DNA of 64,000 nucleotides, taken from assembly GCA_016906335.1 (NCBI GenBank), contig JADEYG010000007.1, forward strand, positions 2,170,001 through 2,234,000. Reading direction: 5' to 3'. The notes under the pieces were generated by a model. That model worked only from the letters and a program-made list of their open reading frames with translations. It was not told the DNA's origin and made no database searches. This document shows positions 12,120 to 25,700 of this stretch, piece by piece. How positions within the stretch are numbered: the first letter of the stretch is position 1; every line of letters starts with the position of its first letter. The translations under genes were made by a program, and so were the position numbers. The DNA comes from Novakomyces olei. Taxonomy: Eukaryota.

Positions 12120-13754
12120 CTACTCTTTTGTCGTTCCCGGTGCATTAAGCACGCTACTAAGCTCCTCGTTGCCTACGTCGTAGAGCAGCTTGATTGCCCA
12201 TATCAGGATACCCACACCAAATACGGTTGACTAAAAGTTAGAATAATTACTAAATAAATCGAAAAATAGTTAAATAGAAAATAATTAGACAGAAAATGAT
12301 TTACAGATAAATATACAAGGCCATTAAAAAGTTTACAATATAGCAAATGTAAACATGAATATAGGTTAGTAAAAGTGAGTAGCTTTACCCAAAGAAACAA
12401 TTGGAAAGGAACAGAGATATCCCGTTTCTGACAGGTTGCACCTGCCCAATAAGTGACTTTTCCCTTCGTATTTGTAGCGCTACACTGGCACACGTAGCAG
12501 CCTTCACGGCCGAGATAACGCCCACATGTTCCGTGGCCAGAGCACTGTTCCGTTGCCTGTTCACAGGCAGCCTGTGATTCGTAGCAGGAAGATGATTTTT
12601 GCAAAGAAACGCTTTGTCTCTCACTCAAAACATCTACAAAGGCAGAATTGATTGCTTCGCGTCGTGCCTTGAGAGAAACAGGGACAGGCGTAGGCGGTAG
12701 AAGAGCCAGCATAACTTCCTTGTCCACAGTTTCAAGTTCATGAGCAAGTACAGACAGGGCTCGGCAGGCCAGCTTATACTGGTCGCTATGGACTCCGTAC
12801 TTGTGGTATAAAGCCTGAGTGTGAGAAAAGTCTTTAAAATTTGATAAAAGTCGTTGATACAAACCGTTTAATCTCGACTTGAACAGAGCAAAAGAATATA
12901 AAATGAATAAACCAAAAAATGACAAGGATTATCATGATATAGTACATAAATCATAAACAAATCTGGGCAAACAGTGAAACAATCTTACCTCAATCCCCGC
13001 CAAATGAACATAGGCAAAATCTATAGGCACCAAGCGTAATGCCTCAATAAAAGACTGAAGGGCAAGTATCTCGGAAGCGAAAACCCTATCCTCCTTCCGG
13101 CGAAGATCAAGAGCAGAAGCAACATCCTTGCCGAAAATAGAACTGACTGCCTCGAGATCAGGTAAAGATGGGACGTCAAAATCGTGCTTCATTGGACGCG
13201 AAAAGGCTATCCATCCGCCTAGTGCATTGGCATACACAGTCTCCGTTTGGCCACCCTCGTGGAGAAGGAATGATCTCACCATCTCCAGGTAACTTTCTGC
13301 TGGTGGACTCGATGCTACTTTGAACAAGGGCATATGCGAGGTATGCTTTGAGTGCATTACGGCAATTGGATCTTGAATGCCTGCAATAGTCAATAATAAT
13401 TGTGGCCTCCGCCGGCCAAATAGGCGATCTAGCGATCCCACTCCAAGGCGGTCCATAACTCGGCCAACAGTGCCCTGTCGGCGATCAAGATAAAGCTGTT
13501 TAGTCGACCCCTGCAATTAGTAAAAATCAACATTATTCCCCGTACAATAAAGCTGCCTATGGCATGTTGGGCCTCAGAGGGCATAATTGCGGGTGCGTGG
13601 CCTCCGCTGGGAACGGCATTGTTTGCTTGGCCCATGATATAGACAAAAGCATGGTCGTTTAATACTATAATTAGCCACATATTTCAAGTGCATACCTACC
13701 CGCGCCAAAGGCCTGCGACACTGCCAGCACTGCCACCAACGCCGTCTTCCACAT
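12120..13754 (-). CDS. Vps3844/DUF3844-like type I membrane protein; ~4 introns
   Basis: Signal peptide MWKTALVAVLAVSQAFG; Cys-rich CYESQAACEQATEQCSGHGTC...CYVCQC...YWAGATCQKRDISVPFQLFLW; TM segment, then LYDVGNEELSSVL. Confidence 0.82.
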
Positions 13755-13868
13755 GCTTAGTATTTCATCAATGGCACACAGCCGGTCTTTTAATGGATAT
13801 TGTAATTATAATTTTACTGCATTTAATATATGTGTGTGCTTGAGTGAGCTCGATATTTTCCATTTGAA

Positions 13869-13890
13869 TTAGGGATGGGGTTAGGGTTTA
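13869..13890. promoter_or_regulatory. Telomere-like TTAGGG boxes in the Vps3844/USB1 divergent promoter
   Basis: TTAGGGATGGGGTTAGGGTTTA; regulatory role inferred. Confidence 0.55.
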
Positions 13891-13959
13891 GTTTTAAAAA
13901 GTATATTATATTGCCATTCCAAAACTACAATTATTGCTATCCAGCTTTCTTATACATGC

Positions 13960-14953
13960 ATGAGCCGGCTCGGTGAGGCGCTCGTGGATTATGGATCCGA
14001 TGAGAGCGAATTAGAATCTCCTGATGAAACGCTGCCTCTTCCACCAGCAGCGTTTAGCGACTTGTATCAGAGTATAGCAAACTTCTAATTGAAAAATATT
14101 AACGGTCAGTTTCACCGCGACGTTTAGATGATCCAAGTGCCCACGACGGACGTACGCGTAGTGTTCCACACACTCCGGGTCTATGGCCGAGTCATGTATA
14201 CATAGAGGGTATAAGCAATTTAATTTTTTCAATACCTCTCATCTGTCTCAATTTGCTAATATAAGTTTGGCCCAATGCCAAACTACGGCGGTCGCTTGAG
14301 CGACTTGTTGACGGCCTTGGCCCTGCTTGGCACTCTTTGCTCGTCAGTGAATTGGGTGTGCCAAGGCCGCTGCACGTTAGTTTGTCTGCTCCGTGTATGA
14401 TAAAAACGAGCGATAAAGCTTTATGGATATCAGGTCTAAAACAATTGGCATCTTTCCCTTCGTAAGACTTTTACAGTTCTCTTCGTGCATGTCTTATCTT
14501 GCAGGGGAAAGCTCTCGCTATTCGGGGTTTGCGTCATGCACAACAATGAACGTACCCGCGCTTTTGCCGCCGTTTCTGTCGTCGGCAAAGACTATGTAAG
14601 TTTACCTCGATCCCGTCAAATTACCATTTTACCATGTCTCTACGTTGTATTCCTCCTCTTGTCATCATTCAAACGGTCTAATTACAGCTCGATTCCTTAA
14701 CCAAACACGTCAACTCATTGGCGCAAAGCCTAGGGCAGCCCATAATGCCCAAGGTATGCTATTCTTTACTAGAATGGATTGCTAAATTAAAAAGGAGCAC
14801 GTATACCATATTTCATTTGCGTGGACAGCGTCAAGCATTACTGATTCTGCTCGCCTTCTTCCATCAAGCGATCTTGGCTTCGAAATTCCGGTTACTCTAG
14901 TGAAGTATCGACTAGGCAATGAAATTTCACAAATTGATTTAATTGCTTCTTGA
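13960..14953 (+). CDS. USB1: U6 snRNA phosphodiesterase Usb1/Mpn1 (2H family); ~5 introns
   Basis: Manual splicing: [11 protein letters not shown]...[12 protein letters not shown]...[27 protein letters not shown]...[12 protein letters not shown]...NNERTRAF...YHISFAW; two HxS catalytic motifs. Confidence 0.88.
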
Positions 14954-15249
14954 AAAGTTGGATTTGAGCTTACAAAGCAGCTCGGTAAAGGCCATATTGC
15001 ATGTAAATAATATACGGCGCACATGCAAATTACCGACCAATTTCACAAACTGATATGATATAGAAAATGCCATATATGTAGATTGATTGTCACATGTAAA
15101 TATATATTAACACCGTAATATTGCATGCTAAATTACTTGAATTATGAAATGCGTCAAGGCCTTTTGTCTAAATCTTCATAGTCTTGAAAGGGCGCCAGCT
15201 GAACTGACATCTAATTGACAATCCCTAATTGGCGCGGATACTGGCCAAT

Positions 15250-17033
15250 ATGGTCCTGTTCAGTTTAAGCGAAAGCTCTTCACGGGCGGAGTGCGTATCC
15301 GATGAGGCATTACAGCATCTACGGTAAGTAGATGGCAATAATTAGCGCTAAATATGTGTCAGGTCTTACAAGTACTCGGCAGTGGACAACTCATATGTCT
15401 CTCGTTATATATTGACACCATATTGGAATTGGTGCACCAGTCTGTTCCCAATGTGGATGGCGTAAGGATACGTTTTTCTCCAACGTTTTTGAAATTGACC
15501 TTGTTCAATGTACTGTCTTTAGTTAACTTCTTTTGTTTTGTATTCACGTGATCGATTAATTATTCGTTTTTGTTCCACTGTGCTAATCGCAAAGACCAAA
15601 CTTGATTACATTGAGCGGCCTAGGGTTTGTGCTGTTAAATATAGCCACTATACTAGTAGTGATCCCCGATCTGAAAAGCGAAACGTACCCGTTCGTTTAC
15701 GTCACATTTGGAGCAGGTCTGTTCCTTTATTCCACGTTTGACAATTGTGACGGCAAACAAGCCCGGCGCACGGGAAGCTCTTCGCCATTGGGCGAATTGT
15801 TTGACCATGGCATAGATGCACTGTAAGATTCAATTCCAATATCTGTTTTATTTAATTATGTCACTAATTAATTAATTCATTCATTCATTCTTTCATTCAT
15901 TCTTTTTGTTTTTTCTTAATTTCTAATTTTTTAATTAAATCAATCTTTAATTCTTTTTCTAAACTTTAGAAATTGCACCTTGGGAAGCCTTGTAGAGTGC
16001 GCTGCTATGGGCTTGGGCCCCACTAAAGTAGGTGCCTTTTGCACAATGATACCCACTCTTCCCATGTTCTTCAGCAGCTGGGAACAGTATCATACAGGTA
16101 CATTGTACCTGGGATACTTCAACGGTCCTACTGAAGGCTTGCTCATTGCAAGTTCAATCATGATACTCTCAGCTATTTATGGTAGGAGAATAATTACGAT
16201 TTTTGTATTTAAAATTCCTCTATTAACGAGCAACCAGGCCCGGGAATATGGCATGTTAGCGCTGGAGAATTGTTTGGGGTTCCCTCACTAGAATGGCTAC
16301 ATATGCAGACGCTCTTTGTCTCTGTATGCACGTGTGCGTTCATGTTTGTTCATCTGCCTGCATGGTAAGGATTGATACGATATAGAAAGCTTCTAATATG
16401 TAGTATTTGGAACGTTTACAAGGCACGTCGTAGCCGCAATGAACCATTTCTCCCAACGCTTCTACATTGGACGCCAATGTTAATGTGAGTTATAAATTAA
16501 GCTATTTATTTATTCATCTTGAGTTCAGGCTCAGTTGCACAGTGGAAAAGGCAATGAAAGTCTGTTTTTCTTGTTTTACTCAATAAATAAACTCTAACTC
16601 ATCAAGTTTCTCTGCTTCGACTATTCTATGGTTGAACGCGCCATACTCGGTGCTACTACGCGATAACCATTTGGTGTTGTTTGCTCTGACTACGGCGCTT
16701 GTGTTCGGCAGGATGACTACAAAGATAATCTTGGTAAAGTTATATTTTTACGATTTAGAGCGCATTGCTAATGACCAGGCCCACCTTACTCATCAGCCTT
16801 TTCCCATGTTTACAGTCCTTCTAGTGCCTTTGATGATGGGGGCTGTTGTAACAAACGCAATCTCATTTTTCCCCGATCTCCGCGGCTTTAAGCAATACGA
16901 GGCCACTTATTTGTGGGCATACTTTTTCTTTTCTCTTGCCATATATCTTCGCTGGGCTTTGGTGGTTATCAGCAGGATATGCAGCTTTCTCGGCATTCAA
17001 TGCCTCAAAATTACACCTAAAAAGATCGATTAG
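15250..17033 (+). CDS. EPT1: Choline/ethanolamine phosphotransferase (CDP-alcohol phosphotransferase, EPT1/CPT1 family); ~7 introns
   Basis: YKYSAVDNSYVSRYILTPYW...WMAPNLITLSG; DNCDGKQARRTGSSSPLGELFDHGIDA; WEQYHTGTLYLGYFNGPTEG. EPT1 versus CPT1 not resolvable. Confidence 0.9.
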
Positions 17034-17265
17034 ATGGAGTACAATGCAGTTTGAAGACAAGAATAGATATGCATACTTTGATATCAAAATATTGAATAGA
17101 AGGAACATAATTAATCAGATGTTGTAAGTTTACCATTTCCATTAATATAAACACAAAAGCAGCATTCATCTATATGTTTGACTAATATACAAATATAAAT
17201 GTATACTGATTGATATCCTTTAATTCTAAATACATGTAATCTCTCAGATTTTCCGCCTTTTCTGT

Positions 17266-18412
17266 TCAAGCTTTCTTAAGCTTTTTAAGGCCTAACGTCT
17301 GTGTAGATGCGGGCCTTTTCGTCTGTTTCACTTTTTTCTGTACCTCCGGTGTAGAAATGACGCTCTCCTCTGGCGAATTATCAATAGGCAAGGTCGATTC
17401 AACGACGCGTAGAACAGACTTATGAGTTTTACTGCGAGTATAAGCTCGAAGGGTGGAAAGTCTAGGCGAATCTACTAGAGCAGCGCGAGCTCGATCTTGG
17501 CTCAAGCCACATACAGCAGCAGCAAGATTCATAATATCATAAGGAGCCCGGCATTCTAGGCTTCGTTGGGCTCCGCTAGAAATAATAATTCCACGGCCCC
17601 GGGCCGCGGCCACGAGAGCCTGTGTGTTGCTTATAACATGCCTCCGTAGTGAACTATCACGAACCATGGGCGAATAGCAAACTTCAAAGCAAATTCCGCG
17701 TGCAATTGCAGTCCCCACTATCGAATGTTTCAGTGTGAATGGAAGACGTGTAGTGAGATCCAAAGAGATTATATCACAATCTGCCTCATTGCAAGCCTGT
17801 AAAAAGAGCTTTTCCGTTGTGGGTCGTAAAGCTAGGATATCAAACTGTCTAGCCGCCGCAGCCTGATTGTGAGCACATGGAGTATAATAATGAAATTAAG
17901 TTGGTAGCGCAAGAAAGAGAGCCCTAAAAAATGAAAAGAAAAGGCAACAAGCTTAGACTTTAAATAAAGGTTCAAAATTGTTCTAATTTAAAAGCATCTT
18001 AGGGATTCTGATACAGCTGTGTGGAAAGCATCTTCAAGCAGAGTCCAGTCAAAGAATAGAGACAATTCGACGTGAAGAGATCATATTAAATCTTACCAGA
18101 GCAGTGTTTTGTACAGAAGCATCCATGATGATGGTAAGCCGTCGGCCAACTTTTAATCTTTTTACGTTTATGTCACGTGGTATTGTAGCAGTCTACAGAT
18201 CAGCTTAAGGCTGGTCTTCCATCTTACCACTTCACCACACGGTAATTTGCCGTCGTACACTTGAGAAAGTGCTACCATATCATAGCCCACTGAGCATGTT
18301 AGAAATTATAATGTGGAATATACTTGCGATGTTCGAGCATTGATAGTGTGCAGTGCACCTGTGTCTCTGATGTACCGGCGCTCGTCCACGGCACATTGAG
18401 ATCGTAAAACAT
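17266..18412 (-). CDS. RPP1: RNase P/MRP subunit p30; 3 introns
   Basis: MFYDLNVPW; FDILALRPTTEKLFLQACNEADCDIISLDLTTRLPF...RGICFEVCYSP...RGIIISSGA...RAPYDIMNL. Confidence 0.9.
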
Positions 18413-19228
18413 GATTTTTTCGACAATTCAAAAGGGCAAAGCCAATGACAAAATGAATATTAAAATATTCTCCAAGGATGCTCAGTGAAATTTAGCGAGA
18501 CAAACAGTCGCGTTTTTGAGCAAAGAGCAACAAGAACTTGAAAACAAACCGAAAATGTCAAAATGTATCCTTTGTTTCTTCAAATGCCGCTTTATAAAGA
18601 CGTCGTTGACCTTTGTTCCCCGTCCGACTAATAAAAAAGTACGCGGCCAATCACGCCAGCTTTCAGATTAAATGCACTCCCAGGCGAACGCTCTATTTCC
18701 TCCTCTGCTACCTCCGAACCCAAAATCTCGGCCAAAAATCAAATTCGAGCAGCCTTCCTTGTCAACGCCAAAACCATTAAATCTGACGATTAAATTCAAT
18801 GCACAGATTTGTCCCGCAATCCACGAAATGCCTGTCGTTACAAGACAGCTCAAATCATTATATCAGCCTAGCACACTAATTCAATCTTTTATTTAATGTA
18901 TGGCGTGCATTATTATTTATAAGAAAAACCCAAAAATTTTCCCACTTGGACTTTATATACGGCAGCGTATAGGAGGGCAGTCGTGCGGTACGGAGCAGAG
19001 CCGTGCTTTGACCTATATCGAAGCGGGTCTGTTCTTTTATTGGCTTCAACCGCGGATCAGTCAGCTTACAGATCCAACTTTTGGTTGATTGATTTATTGG
19101 CTAATTTGTTGGCTAATTTATTGATCAATTTAATTGCTCGGGGATCTGTGTTTAAGTACGGCAGACGCTTTTTAATCCTGATTTTACAGCGGATCCGTGG
19201 ATTGCATCGCAAACAGTGACTACGCCAG

Positions 19229-20628
19229 ATGGCGTCGTGCGTGACTGCGGACACCAAATCGGTGGCGCGCGAATGTAAGTCTGTATAGTCGCACAGCCGA
19301 GCTAACAAGTACAAGTCGCCGATGTGAATGACAATATGCCGCAGTCATACTGGGACTATGATAACCTTCAGGTGCAATGGGGCGCGCAGGCCAACTATGA
19401 GATTGTAAAGAAGGTGGGACGCGGAAAGTACAGCGAAGTGTTCGAGGGCATAAACGTGGTGAACGAGGAGAAGTGTATTATCAAGGTGCTCAAGCCTGTT
19501 AAAAAGAAAAAGATCCGGCGCGAGATCAAGATTCTGCAAAACTTGTCGGGCGGGCCGAACGTGATTTCGCTGCTAGACGTTGTGCGCGATCCATTGGTAT
19601 TAACTGAAACTTTGATCTTTAGACTATTGTCGCATTGTGGTGTTTAAATGCTTTGTTGGGGATACCATTATTTTCGGGGAGTATAGATGAGTTTATTGTT
19701 TTGGTGTTTTAAATATTGTTTGCTCAGTTATTGGTTTATGTGTGCTTCAATTTCTTTCTTCTCATTGGACCTTGTGTCATTGTTTTGATTGCTCAGATTT
19801 GGCCGTTCACCTGAATACAAGCTAACATCGTATTAGAGCAAAACGCCTTCACTCGTGTTTGAATTCGTCAACAATATTGACTTTCGCACTCTCTATCCCA
19901 AATTCACAGACTTTGATATCCGATACTATATATACGAGCTGCTGCGGGCACTACAGTTCTGCCATTCTCGCGGTATCATGCACCGTGACGTAAAGCCGCA
20001 CAATGTTATGATTGATCACGCGAGACGAAAGGTAACAACTATTTCGGAATCTATAGATCCAAAAGAATAAATGCATGATCAGTTGTCTAATACTGTATAG
20101 TTGCGGCTCATTGACTGGGGGCTCGCAGAGTTTTATCATGCCGGCACAAAATACAATGTACGTGTTGCGTCGCGGTATTTTAAAGGCCCCGAGCTTCTAG
20201 TGGATTTTCAAGAATACGATTATTCACTGGACATGTGGTCGCTCGGTGCTATGCTGGCTTCCATGATCTTCAGACGGGAACCTTTCTTCCACGGCCATGA
20301 TAATTATGATCAACTCGTCAAAATTGCCAAAGTTCTGGGAACCAACAAATTGTGGAGTTATATTGCAAAGTACAATATCAAGCTCGATCGCAAGTATGAT
20401 TCAATCTTGGGGACTTTTCCAGGGCGTCCTTGGGAGGCGTTTGTTAACAAGGACAACAAAAAATATATTACCGCTGAAGCTCTCGATTTTCTTGATAAAC
20501 TTTTGCGGTACGATCACCAGGAGCGTCTTACCCCTACAGAGGCCATGCAGCATCCTTATTTTAGTATTATTCGGGAGCATCATGCAAAAGAGCCTGCTTC
20601 TTCTTCGTCTTCTATTTCTACCCAGTAG
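19229..20628 (+). CDS. CKA1: Casein kinase II catalytic alpha subunit; 3 coding introns, probable 5'-UTR intron ~18989-19189
   Basis: [65 protein letters not shown]. Confidence 0.97.
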
Positions 20629-21213
20629 AAATTTGCAATACTCCAGCCGTTTAATCGATCCAATTTTTTTTTTTTTTTTTTTAATAATTGTTTTGTCCTT
20701 TGAGCTAAGGCTTTCTGGAGTTTGCCTTGAAGGGCCTTGCACTGGTTTCAAAACAGGGAGATATGGTGAGGGGATGCCATTATTGCAAATCTTATGTAAC
20801 CGGGTTATGTTACCGATTACAACGATATCAAAGATTTTTTATTTATTCAAACTTTATATTTGTATCTAGCCAATATAGAGACCTATTTAATACAGGTCTT
20901 TTGTTTTTAACAAGATTTTATAGCGGATATCCGCTTGATTGCGGGGGCATTAAGCGTGATCGCAGTTTAGTAGAGATCTTGCTAGTTGAGAGAGCTTTTC
21001 TGCATATTATACTTTTAATCAAGGTGTTTTATCCAAATCGCCACACGTACAAGTCAGAGCCAGGACAGACTCTCCGATATATTTGATGAATCAAGGTGGC
21101 AAATATCCAACGAATAATAGAGACTGAGCAAGATGCAGAGTCGGGCCTCGTCTGTCCACGCTCAAGATACACAGCCAACCCCGTGTGGAAGGCAGGAAAG
21201 GCACGACAAGGAA

Positions 21214-21232
21214 TAGGGTTTCTTAGGGTTAA
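21214..21232. promoter_or_regulatory. Telomere-like boxes upstream of the oxygenase gene
   Basis: TAGGGTTTCTTAGGGTTAA. Confidence 0.5.
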
Positions 21233-21370
21233 CGAGGGCTATACGCCATATATAAGCAGAATATTAATTATCCTATCAGTGAATCCATAGCCTATAATCC
21301 ACATATTACATAATTCGGATAGAACCCCACAAAAGCCTGCCGCTTTTCCGTCCCGGCAACGCACTCGGCA

Positions 21371-22461
21371 ATGGCGCCCGTTGTTATTGATTACGGTCAA
21401 CTTCAGAGCTTAGCAGCTGGAAAAATTGGAATTGAAGAGTCTGGTCTTGATGCAAAGATAATAGAGGGTTTTGGTGATGATCCTGAATGCCTTGGAATTA
21501 TAATCGTCAAAAACTTGCCTCCATATTTTCTAGAGATGCGGCAAACGCTTCTGCGGATGGCTTCACAGCTAGCAAATTTGGACCAGTCAGTGCTTTCGAG
21601 ACTGGAAGACGCTAGCTCCAATTATCTGCTGGGATGGTCGTGCGGAAAAGAGCGTCTCGCGCGTAGCGGCAAAGAAGACGTGCAAAAAGGATCATTCTAC
21701 GCGAATCCAACGCAAGACGGCGACTGCACTCGCACCGACTTTCCCGAGTACACAGGCCGCAACATTTGGCCGGACGAGGATGACGTTTCCGGGTTTCAGG
21801 CGGCCTTTGAGTCTTTGGGCCGGTTTATAGTTTCTGTGGGTGCTTTGCTGGCAAAGGCGTGCGATGAAAGTACGCGACTGCACTCTCGCGACTTGTACGC
21901 TCACAATTTTCTTGAAAACATGGTTCTACAATCAAAGACTATAAAGGCGCGCCTGCTGCATTACTATCCGCTTGTAGAGGGCCCAAGTGGAACAGAGACG
22001 GAGGATGCTGACTCGTGGTGTGGCGAGCATTTGGATCACGGTATTTCACTGTCGAGCGTACATTGAACTTTTGCCTAACCCTTTATATAGGCTGCCTGAC
22101 GGGGCTACTGTCGGCCTTGTTTGTGGGGGAGACAGTTTGTCGCGGAAAGCTGGAAACGCAAGAGCTCGAGACTTGCCCTGACCCGGAAGCTGGATTGTAC
22201 ATTAGGAATCGTGCGGGTAGCAGTGTACATGTAAAAATCCCAAAGGATTGCCTTGCGTTTCAAACAGGCGAGGCCCTCCAGATAGTTACGGGCGGTCGTT
22301 TACGAGCCGTTCCGCACTATGTGAAAGCGTGTCGCACGCCTCATGTGGCTCGGAATACTCTGGCCGTTTTTATGCAGCCAAATCTGGACGACCAGCTGGG
22401 CCACTCTTGTTTTTCTTTTGCGCAATTTGCGCAGGGTGTCGTGCAGGCTAATGTGGTCTGA
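21371..22461 (+). CDS. 2-oxoglutarate/Fe(II)-dependent oxygenase (IPNS/clavaminate synthase-like fold); intron ~22041-22090
   Basis: LGIIIVKNLP, GWSCGKE, KGSFYANP, RLLHYYP, WCGEHLDHG|CLTGL (HxD), FQTGEALQIVTGGRLRAVPHYV, RNTLAVFMQP. Confidence 0.85.
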
Positions 22462-22764
22462 TACTCGGAGCCTTGCCAATAATGTTTAGATTATTAGATT
22501 AGATAGATGTATATAAGCACACTGTTTGAGAGGGCAATGGTGTTGCTGTGGAAAGTACACGATTTGACCGATTCTTGAAGGTACGTTCAAGATCCGGTGC
22601 TGACATGTACGGTTGGGGAAACTTTAATTAGGACTTTTAATATAAAATAATAATAATAATAATAATAATAAACAAACCGATCATATACACTTTATGTGTA
22701 TATGATTGTATGATTTATAGTGAGTGTACTAGTCTCTATATGATACGTGGACCCAAAAAAATTT

Positions 22765-25700
22765 ATGAGCAGGCTCCTACGGCCGCTGAGCAAAAGATTA
22801 AGCAGATTCCCCTCCAGACCATCGATTTGGCCGCAAATCGCAACCAGCAGAATGGCCACAAACACTGGCGAGGCCAATAGTGTGCCCAATGGCGCCACGG
22901 AGCCCAATGCTTCATTGAACAGCGGTGCGCAGCCGGAGAAGACGGCAAAGCAATTAGAGAAAGAGCGCAAGCAGGCCGAGAAACTGGCCCGTGTGAATAA
23001 AAAAAAAGAAAAGCAGGCAGCCGCTCAGCAAAACGCGGCAGCCAAAGAAGCCAAGAAGAAAGCAAGTGCGATCGAGACCGCTCCGTACGAGGAGCAGACG
23101 CCCAAGGGAGACAAAAAGATCCTGCAAGATCTGGACTTGCCTGCTCTCAAGTCTTACAATCCATTGGCAGTAGAATCAGCGTGGTACGATTGGTGGGACA
23201 AGAGCGGGTTCTTTGAACCCGAGCTTGGTCCCGATGGCGAATCTAAAAAGCGTGGCACATATGTATGTGTGGCACCGCCTCCGAATGTTACGGGTGCCCT
23301 CCATATCGGCCACGCTCTCACTGTATCCATTCAGGATACACTGGCACGCTGGCACCGGATGCGTGGAGAGACTGTACTGTACCTCGGCGGGTTCGATCAC
23401 GCCGGGATCAGTACGCAATCAGTGGTGGAGAAACGGCTCTGGGCAGAGAAGAAGCAGACCCGGCACGATTACTCCCGACAAGACTTTCTTAAACTCGTGT
23501 GGGACTGGAAGGAGGATTACCACAACACGATCAAGACGCAGTTTAAGCGGCTGGGCAGTTCGTTTGACTGGAGCCGTGAGGCTTTTACTCTGGACGATGA
23601 ACGGTACAAGGCAGTTATTGAGGCCTTTTGCCGTCTGCACGACGAGGGCGTAATCTACCGGGCCGATAGGCTTGTTAACTGGTGTACTGCGTTGCAGACA
23701 ACTCTGTCAAACTTGGAAGTCGACCAGAAATCGGTTACTGGCCGCACAAAGATCAGTGTCCCGGGTTACGAACGGCCTGTCGAAGTTGGTGCTCTGACCA
23801 GTTTTGCCTATCAAATTGAAAGCGATTCCGTCCAGGGCGAAGCGGGGACTGAAAGAATTGTGGTGGCCACTACGCGTCCAGAGACGATGCTCGGTGACTC
23901 TGGCATTGCAGTTCACCCCGACGATGAGCGGTACAAGCATTTGCATGGCAAATTCGCAATTCATCCCTTTGTCAACCGTCGTATCCCCATTGTAACTGAC
24001 TCTATTGCCGTTGACAAAGAGTTTGGCACGGGTGCCGTAAAGATTACGCCTGCTCATGATTTCAACGATTACCAGACGGGCGTACGGCATCATTTGGAGT
24101 GTATTAATATTCTGAACGACGATGGAACCTTTAACGAGAACGCGGGTGAGTTTGCCGGGTTTAAAAGGTTCGACGCACGGCGAGTTGTAGTGCAAAAACT
24201 ACAGGAACTCGGGCTCTTTGTGGAGGTTAAAGACAATGCAATGACTATTCCTGTCTGCTCCAAGACTGGCGATATTATTGAGCCGCTAATGAAGCCGCAA
24301 TGGTGGGTTAAGCAGCAGGATATGGCTGATGCTGCTGCTCGAGCAGTGGAAACGGGCGAGATTGTTGTTGAGCCAGAGATGTACAGAAAGGACTTTTTGC
24401 GGTGGATGAGCAATGTTCATGATTGGTGTATCTCGCGGCAATTATGGTGGGGCCATCGTATTCCGGCGTACCGTGTCACCATTGCTGGAGAGGGCAAAGC
24501 CCTGGGAGAAAAAGAGACGTGGGTCACCGGTCGGACAGAGGAGGAAGCCCGGGTTAAAGCTGAAAAGCTCTTCCCCAGCACTGACAAGGCGCTAATCAAG
24601 ATTGAGCAGGACGAAGACGTTCTCGACACTTGGTTCTCCTCTGGACTATGGCCTTTTACAACTCTGGGCTGGCCCAAGGACACGTTTGATTTACGGCATT
24701 TTTTCCCAACTACACTGATGGAGACAGGGTGGGATATCCTCTTCTTTTGGGTGGCACGCATGGTGATGTTGAGCTTGAAGCTCACTGGCAAAGTCCCCTT
24801 TAAACAAGTATTTTGCCACGCACTCGTCCGTGACGCTCAGGGCCGTAAAATGTCAAAGAGTCTGGGCAATGTGGTCGATCCTCTGGATGTGATTGAAGGT
24901 ATCAGCCTGCAAGGGTTACACGACAAACTGTTGCTGGGTAATCTGCCGGAAAAAGAGATCAAAAAGGCTAAAGATGGGCAAAAGCAGAATTACCCGAACG
25001 GCATTCCCCAGTGTGGAGCCGATGCTCTGCGCTTTGCCCTCTGTGCCTATACTCTGGGCGGAAGGGATATTAATCTGGACGTGTTACGCGTCGAGGGCTA
25101 CCGCAAGTTTTGCAATAAGATTTACAATGCAACAAAGTTTGCCATGATGCGACTGGGACCGGACTTTAAGCCGCGCGAGAGCGACAGGCCTACTGGCCAG
25201 GAATCACTGGTGGAGAAATGGATTCTCTCTAAACTGAATCATGCCGCGCAAATGGCAAACAAGCATCTGGAAGCGAAAGAATTTTTGCATGCTACTAATG
25301 CCATTTACCCCTTTTGGTTGTACGAATTTTGTGACGTTTACATTGAGGCATCAAAGCCCTTGATTCTGGAAGGCACTGCGGAACAAAAGGAATCGGCCCA
25401 GCAAACACTTTATACTGTGCTTGATGGAGCATTGCGCCTAATTCATCCAATGATGCCTTTTGTAACTGAAGAGATGTGGCAACGGCTACCACGTCGGCCA
25501 GGGTCCCCTGTAGAGACTATTATGAAGGCAGAATACCCTGAATTCAGGGAGGATTATACTTTTAAAGAGGCAGAGGCAGAGTTTGATCATTTGTTCAAAG
25601 TCGTACAGGCAGCGCGGTCGCTTATGGTTGATGCAAAGATCAAGCAAGACGCCAAGTTTTCCGTGCTCTGCAACTCGAAATTCAAGGGTTCGTTGCCAGA

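Noticed and set aside
18668..19219. Short ORFs upstream of CKA1 and in 20727-21290, 28057-28308, 46399-47190 and 58895-59461
   Set aside because: No recognisable motifs or supporting splice structure; consistent with UTR or promoter DNA
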